Of a stretch of 64,000 nucleotides of DNA, positions 59,079 through 64,000 are shown piece after piece. The translations under genes were made by a program, and so were the position numbers. Each line of letters starts with the position of its first letter. Position 1 is the first letter of the stretch. The notes under the pieces were generated by a model. The model was not told the DNA's origin. It saw only the letters and a program-made list of their open reading frames with translations, and made no database searches. Source of the DNA: a virus; IMG/VR virus record IMGVR_UViG_3300027509_000012; one strand, written 5' to 3'.

Positions 59079-59327
59079 ATGAGTGATGAATACCGAAAAG
59101 ATAAATTGCGATCAATGTTAGACAACATGGTTGATAACAATGATGAGCAAACTCAGGTTGATTTTCATCAATATGCTACTTCGAAGCTTCAAAACATGTT
59201 GGGTTACGAACCAGTAGATACTGGTGAGATTGATGGCGAAGCCGAAGCTGAAAGCTTTGAAGAAGTTGAAGTAGAAGTTCCAAATATGGACAATGAATTC
59301 CAAACTGAAATAGAAGTTGAAGATTAA
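59079..59327 (+). CDS. Small acidic prohead core protein (gp67-like by position)
   Basis: Between portal and protease; AGGAG SD; acidic tail. Confidence 0.55.
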   Translation: MSDEYRKDKLRSMLDNMVDNNDEQTQVDFHQYATSKLQNMLGYEPVDTGEIDGEAEAESFEEVEVEVPNMDNEFQTEIEVED

Positions 59328-59369
59328 ATAAGAAATTCGAGTGTAATAACAATAATAAATCTCGACATC

Positions 59370-59394
59370 AAAAGGGCCGCTTGGCCCTTTTTTT
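59370..59394 (+). terminator. Intrinsic terminator
   Basis: AAAAGGGCC-GCTT-GGCCCTTTTTTT. Confidence 0.85.
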
Positions 59395-59455
59395 GTGTTT
59401 CAAATTTAATTTGTATAAATAATAGCTATAACATTAATTTAACGGAACTGATAAA

Positions 59456-60076
59456 ATGGACCAAGAACTATTATTTGAAGAATTATCACCATCTACAGCA
59501 AACCTTTTATCAGAAGCGTCTGCGGATGGAAAGACACTTTGGTTAAATGGTGTATTCATGCAAGCGGAAGTTCAAAATCGCAATTCGCGTGTATATCCTC
59601 TTTCTGAAGTAACTGCTGCGGTTAATAACCTAAAAGAAAGTATCCAACAAACAAACGGTGTAATGGGCGAACTTGATCATCCAACATCTATCTCTCTTAA
59701 CCTTGATCGCGTATCTCATGTAATTAAAGATATTCGCATGGAAGGTAACAACGCTATAGGTCGTGCGGAAATAATTAACACTCCTATGGGTAACATTGCA
59801 AAAGAACTTATCAAGTCTGGTGTACATTTAGGTGTGTCTAGTCGCGGTACTGGTTCTGTTAACGAAGGTCGAGTATCTGGATTTAACGTAGTGACAATTG
59901 ATATTGTTGCAAATCCATCGGCTCAAGGTGCAGTACCTAATGCAATTTACGAATCTCTTGATAACAAGCAAGGTAAGAAAGTACTTACTTTGGCCGAATC
60001 TGTACAAACTGATCCAGATGCACAAAAATTCTTTGTTAAAGAATTCGGTAAGTGGTTAACTAAAGAATTTAATTAA
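59456..60076 (+). CDS. gp21: Prohead protease
   Basis: GVFMQAE..NRN.RVYP, GELDHP, VSH, GVSSRGTG, DIVANPS. Confidence 0.95.
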   Translation: MDQELLFEELSPSTANLLSEASADGKTLWLNGVFMQAEVQNRNSRVYPLSEVTAAVNNLKESIQQTNGVMGELDHPTSISLNLDRVSHVIKDIRMEGNNAIGRAEIINTPMGNIAKELIKSGVHLGVSSRGTGSVNEGRVSGFNVVTIDIVANPSAQGAVPNAIYESLDNKQGKKVLTLAESVQTDPDAQKFFVKEFGKWLTKEFN

Positions 60077-60083
60077 TAAGAAA

Positions 60084-60452
60084 ATGAGCGGTTACGACCA
60101 TTCGTATCCAGAAACACTTCTAGATAAAATGGCCCTTCAGATAATGGAAGGGTCATTATCACCAAATGGATTCAACAACAAACATCCTGAATACTACGAA
60201 GAATTATTAATTCGTACCGATTTCCTTCCATCCTACGCATACGTTCTAGAACGCTTTTGGCACATAGCAAATAAGACAGATCAGAAGCCGATTTGCATCA
60301 GAGAAGGTTGTGAAGATGAAACCCACTGGCGTCGAGCAAATAAGGCACATACTGCATGGTGTTCAATGCATTGTCTTAGGAAATATTATTGGGAAAACCT
60401 GCAAAAAGAAGAAGAAATTAATGACGTAAGTACTTGTTTAACGAAAAAATGA
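60084..60452 (+). CDS. Stand-alone Zn-binding module related to the N-terminus of the RNR-inserted endonuclease
   Basis: 'KPICIREGCEDETHWRRANK...WCSMHC' vs 'PIICGNESCENITTWVDRANK...FCSLKC'. Confidence 0.6.
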   Translation: MSGYDHSYPETLLDKMALQIMEGSLSPNGFNNKHPEYYEELLIRTDFLPSYAYVLERFWHIANKTDQKPICIREGCEDETHWRRANKAHTAWCSMHCLRKYYWENLQKEEEINDVSTCLTKK

Positions 60453-60609
60453 AAATTTTCAAAAAGCTGAGAGCCGCATAAACACTGGGTTTCAAGTATA
60501 TAAATTAAGTTTTTTACAAAAACCACGCGCATTATATAAATAATTATCATATTAAAAAAGAACAATTTATTTTTAACCATTTAAAACAATCGATTTTGGA
60601 GAAAAAGAG

Positions 60610-61551
60610 ATGGACGAACTGTTACAAAAACTATTAGAAAAAGAGATTTTGACTCCTGAATCACAGGAAGAATTACGTACAGCATTTGATGATCAAGTTA
60701 AAGCTGCTTCTGACGCCGCTGCTGATGCAGCTCGAATCGAAGTAACTGCTGAACTTACTGAAAGCTTTGTTGCTGAAAAAGAGCAATTAATTGAAGCTAT
60801 CGATCAGAAAGTGACTGATATGTTCGCCAATGAAATTGGCGAACTACAAGAAGATTTCGAAGCTTATAAAGATCTTGAAGCTGATTATGCTGAAAAACTA
60901 GTTGAAGCTAAAGCTTCTCTAGCTGATGAAGTACAGGTTGATCTTGCTAAGCTAGTTGATGAGCTTGATGCTTTCGTTGAAGTTCAACTTGCTGAAGAAG
61001 TAAGTGAGCTACGTGAAGATATCGAAGCAAGTCGTAAAGACCAGTTCGGTCGCAAGATTTTCGAAGCAATGGCTGATGAATTTCGTGATAACTTCCATAG
61101 TGAAGATGACACAACTGAAACAATTTCAAGCATGGCAACTGATCTAGAAGATGCAACTGCCAAGCTAGAAGAAGCAGAAAGCAAAGTAGCTGAGTACGAG
61201 CGAAATGAAAAAATGACTTCTTTACTATCACCTCTTTCTGGAACTCAGAAGGAAATGATGGAAACTATTTTGAAGAACGTGCCAACCCCACGTTTAGACG
61301 AAACATACGAGACATTCATTGGTCGCGTAGTGCGCAAGACAGACGACAACACGGAGAAGGAAGATGGTACGGTACTTTCCGAAAGTTCAGAAGTTAATGG
61401 CGAAAAAGATACTGAATCTGAAGTTCTTGCAGAAGATTTAGTAGTAGTCACTGGTGATACTGGTGAACAAACTGAAACTAAGGTTGAACTAACTGAAACT
61501 GCTAAAGCACAGATTGCTCATGCACGTCAGATAGCTGGCCTTACTGAATAA
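60610..61551 (+). CDS. gp22: Prohead scaffold/core protein
   Basis: Acidic coiled coil, 'FGRKIFEA'; immediately upstream of the MCP. Confidence 0.85.
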   Translation: MDELLQKLLEKEILTPESQEELRTAFDDQVKAASDAAADAARIEVTAELTESFVAEKEQLIEAIDQKVTDMFANEIGELQEDFEAYKDLEADYAEKLVEAKASLADEVQVDLAKLVDELDAFVEVQLAEEVSELREDIEASRKDQFGRKIFEAMADEFRDNFHSEDDTTETISSMATDLEDATAKLEEAESKVAEYERNEKMTSLLSPLSGTQKEMMETILKNVPTPRLDETYETFIGRVVRKTDDNTEKEDGTVLSESSEVNGEKDTESEVLAEDLVVVTGDTGEQTETKVELTETAKAQIAHARQIAGLTE

Positions 61552-61593
61552 TAAATTTTTGACTTAACTTAATAATACTTTGGAGAATATATA

Positions 61594-63078
61594 ATGTCAG
61601 AACAACTATTTGAAAATTGGGACGAAACTAAAAGTGCGCTTTTAGAAAATTTGTCTGGAAACAAGCGTAAGACCGTTGATACTTTGATGGAAAACCAGAA
61701 GAACTACCTAACGGAAAGTGCTTCTGCTGGATCTACTGAAGCTCATAACATCGCGAACTTACGTAAAACTCTTATTCCGATGATTCGTCGTGTAATCCCC
61801 GGCACTATTGCCACTGAGATTGTTGGTGTACAGGCTATGTCTGGACCAGTAGCTCAAGTTTTTACACTTCGTCATCAATATGAAGAAGCTGCAACTGGTC
61901 CTGCTGCTGGTACTGATGGAAATCCTTTTGGTCTTCCTGCTGGTATCGCACAAGGCGACGAGCTATTCGGAAACGGATCACCTGTACGTTCTTGGTACTC
62001 TGGTGGTATCGGCGCTGATAATGCTGCTGGTGCATCTGGCCTAACTGGTGCAGGTAACACTGAAGCTGATATCGCTGCTGCTGGTGCTCACGGTGGACCT
62101 GCTGGTTCTGCGCAAAGTGCTGCTGATGCATCACCTGATGGTTTTGAAGCTGTAACTGGTGGTGGTACTGATCAATATGGTAACGCTGCTACTCTATTAC
62201 CGGGTCATCAAGGTTTCGTAGGAAACTATCGTGGTGGTTCTGGTTCATACCTAGAAGGTACTGGTGGACGTAAAGTTACCATGCGTATTCTTTCTCAGGT
62301 AGTTGAAGCTCAAAGCCGTAAGCTACAAGCTGGTTGGACCCTAGAAGCTATGCAGGACATGAATAGCCAACACGGTCTAAACATCGAAGACGAAATGACT
62401 CGTGCACTAAGTGCTGATATCGTTCAAGAAATTGATCAAGAAATCATCACTGACCTATTAGGTCTTGCTGGTACTGTTGCATCTTTTGATGGAGCTGGTG
62501 CAGGTACTTATGGTGCTAACTACACTCCTGCGTTCTTGGGTGATCGTTTTGCTAATCTTGGTGTTATCATCAACTATGTTGCAAACGAAATCGCACGTAA
62601 GACACGTCGAGGCGAAGCAAACTTCGTAGTTGTATCACCAATGGTGGTTTCAATCCTACAATCTGCTTCTAAGTCAGTATTCGCTCCTGCTGTTGAAGGT
62701 TCTTTCAAAGGACCAAACAACACCATGCTAGCTGGTACTCTTAATGGTCGAATCAAGGTATACACTTACTTGTTTAACCAAGCTGGTGGTGCTGATCTAT
62801 TCTCTGCTGACGGTGGTGTAACTGCTCCAGTAGGTGTTGATGATTCAATCCTAGTTGGTTATAAAGGTGGTGACAAGGAAACTGATGCAGGTTATTTCTA
62901 CTGCCCATATGTTCCTTTGATGAGTTCTGGTACTGTTTACAATGCCGTAACTCACCAGCCTGTAATGTCAGTAATGACACGATACGCAAAGGCTGTCTTT
63001 ACTGCGAGCGAAACCAGTCTAGGCAACAGTAGCGACTATTACGGGAAAATAAATATTGATAACATGGACTTTGCATAA
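61594..63078 (+). CDS. gp23: Major capsid protein
   Basis: 'LIPMIRRV.P', 'GVQAMSGP', 'SRKL.A.WT.E..QD', 'EIDQEII', 'AGYFYCPYVPL', 'MTRY'. Confidence 0.97.
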   Translation: MSEQLFENWDETKSALLENLSGNKRKTVDTLMENQKNYLTESASAGSTEAHNIANLRKTLIPMIRRVIPGTIATEIVGVQAMSGPVAQVFTLRHQYEEAATGPAAGTDGNPFGLPAGIAQGDELFGNGSPVRSWYSGGIGADNAAGASGLTGAGNTEADIAAAGAHGGPAGSAQSAADASPDGFEAVTGGGTDQYGNAATLLPGHQGFVGNYRGGSGSYLEGTGGRKVTMRILSQVVEAQSRKLQAGWTLEAMQDMNSQHGLNIEDEMTRALSADIVQEIDQEIITDLLGLAGTVASFDGAGAGTYGANYTPAFLGDRFANLGVIINYVANEIARKTRRGEANFVVVSPMVVSILQSASKSVFAPAVEGSFKGPNNTMLAGTLNGRIKVYTYLFNQAGGADLFSADGGVTAPVGVDDSILVGYKGGDKETDAGYFYCPYVPLMSSGTVYNAVTHQPVMSVMTRYAKAVFTASETSLGNSSDYYGKINIDNMDFA

Positions 63079-63103
63079 GTTTAAATCAGTATAAGTAAAA
63101 ACG

Positions 63104-63132
63104 AAAAAGCCGCTATAAAAGCGGCTTTTTTT
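63104..63132. terminator. Bidirectional intrinsic terminator after the MCP gene
   Basis: AAAAAGCCGCT-ATAAA-AGCGGCTTTTTTT. Confidence 0.88.
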
Positions 63133-63172
63133 ATTCCAATATTTTAGTTCTGATTTTATTCCAATATTTTAG
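63129..63172. repeat. 19-bp direct repeat
   Basis: TTTTATTCCAATATTTTAG at 63129-63147 and 63154-63172. Confidence 0.85.
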
Positions 63173-63998
63173 ATCCCTTTGAAATATTTTCTTCCCATGT
63201 AAGCATCTGAAGATTATCTATATGAGCACATTCATCAATTGGTATATCATTATCAAAACAATAACGAACTGATTTAATATGATCTAATTGATAAGCACCC
63301 TCAACACCAGCCTTACCTCTTGGTAGATTATCAGGATTTATTAGTTCATGGTGTTTGTCATATATAACTTTAGTTGCTAAATGAACATCAGCTCTATATT
63401 TTTCCCAGTCACTTGCAGTTTTTCTATATTCAATAGATCGATTATTATTGTATTCATTAAATCGTCCTCGTTTTTTAATATCATTACATGTTCGACAATT
63501 AACATTTTTATATTTTAAATTGTCAACTCTACTATCAACGTCATGTCCACATATGTTATTTCTAACTCTGACTTTAAGATGTTTTTCGGTTGTGTTCTCT
63601 TTTTCATAATACCCAATAACCCTAACAAAAGTAAATTTATCACCAATAGATTCAATTAATTTTTTAACAGATTCTTTTTGTCTGTTTATTTTCAAACATT
63701 TAGGGCATCCACTGTTTCCAGTTTCTTTAAATGTTTGAATTTTTCCTTTTGGTGTTGCACTCCATACATGTCCACATTCTAAACATTCCATATCATGATG
63801 ATCACTTGCTTTTGTATATTCACTCAATAATCGTATTTTATTATTAACAAGTAATTTTTCTTCTATTGTTTTAGGTGAAACTTTTATTGCTTTATCGTTT
63901 GTAATTTTAAATCTAAGTTTTCCACTGTCCCATATACGAAATATATCATTATAGAATGTATTCTCATATTCTGTTTTATTTGAATCGAATTTATCCCC
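63156..63998 (-). mobile_element. Putative homing endonuclease with HNH domain, 5' truncated by window
   Basis: Frame is open to the window edge (GDKFDSNKTEYEN...FRIWDSGK); Zn ribbons CLECGH...GCPKC; HNH 'YQLDHIKS...NLQML...EN..K'. Confidence 0.8.
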
Positions 63999-64000
63999 CA

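Noticed and set aside
61890-62240. Gly/Ala-rich stretch of the MCP as a foreign insertion
   Set aside because: It falls in the variable insertion-domain region of gp23-type proteins, in frame, with the same codon style.
844-62989. Many 60-120 aa ORFs antisense or out-of-frame within long genes (e.g. 9476-9841, 37511-37867, 40682-41035, 61862-62134)
   Set aside because: They are shadow ORFs of strongly conserved genes, with no motifs or translation signals.
1-64000. Stop-codon reassignment
   Set aside because: Conserved genes are full length in the standard code, and the two splits end in TAA and restart with ATG out of frame.
1-64000. CRISPR array, tRNA genes, or a reverse-transcriptase system (retron/DGR)
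   Set aside because: I saw no repeat-spacer periodicity, cloverleaf or RT motifs. The Cas4-like nuclease is the common stand-alone phage type.

Overview
AT-rich, densely coding fragment of a large T4-superfamily-like (jumbo-type) myovirus. It holds replication and repair genes (type II topoisomerase end, class II ribonucleotide reductase, DnaB/gp41 helicase, family B polymerase, clamp, RNase H, gp46/47, RuvC, DinG-like helicase), the late sigma factor gp55, a baseplate/tail block with a 3446-aa protein, and the head module (gp20-gp23). I saw no tRNA, rRNA or CRISPR array. Main observations: (1) the class II RNR is split into two genes around a free-standing endonuclease, and the facing ends carry complementary coiled-coil heptads; (2) the DNA polymerase is also split, at the fingers, and carries a LAGLIDADG intein; (3) a ~245-nt ORF-free, strongly base-paired element is bracketed by sigma70-like promoters (candidate ncRNA or origin); (4) a canonical -1 slippery heptamer links the gp26-like and gp51-like ORFs; (5) two perfect CRP-type boxes lie in intergenic gaps, one ahead of a 2H phosphoesterase; (6) a Walker-A-dead helicase paralogue follows the helicase. 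All calls come from reading motifs by eye, with no database searches.
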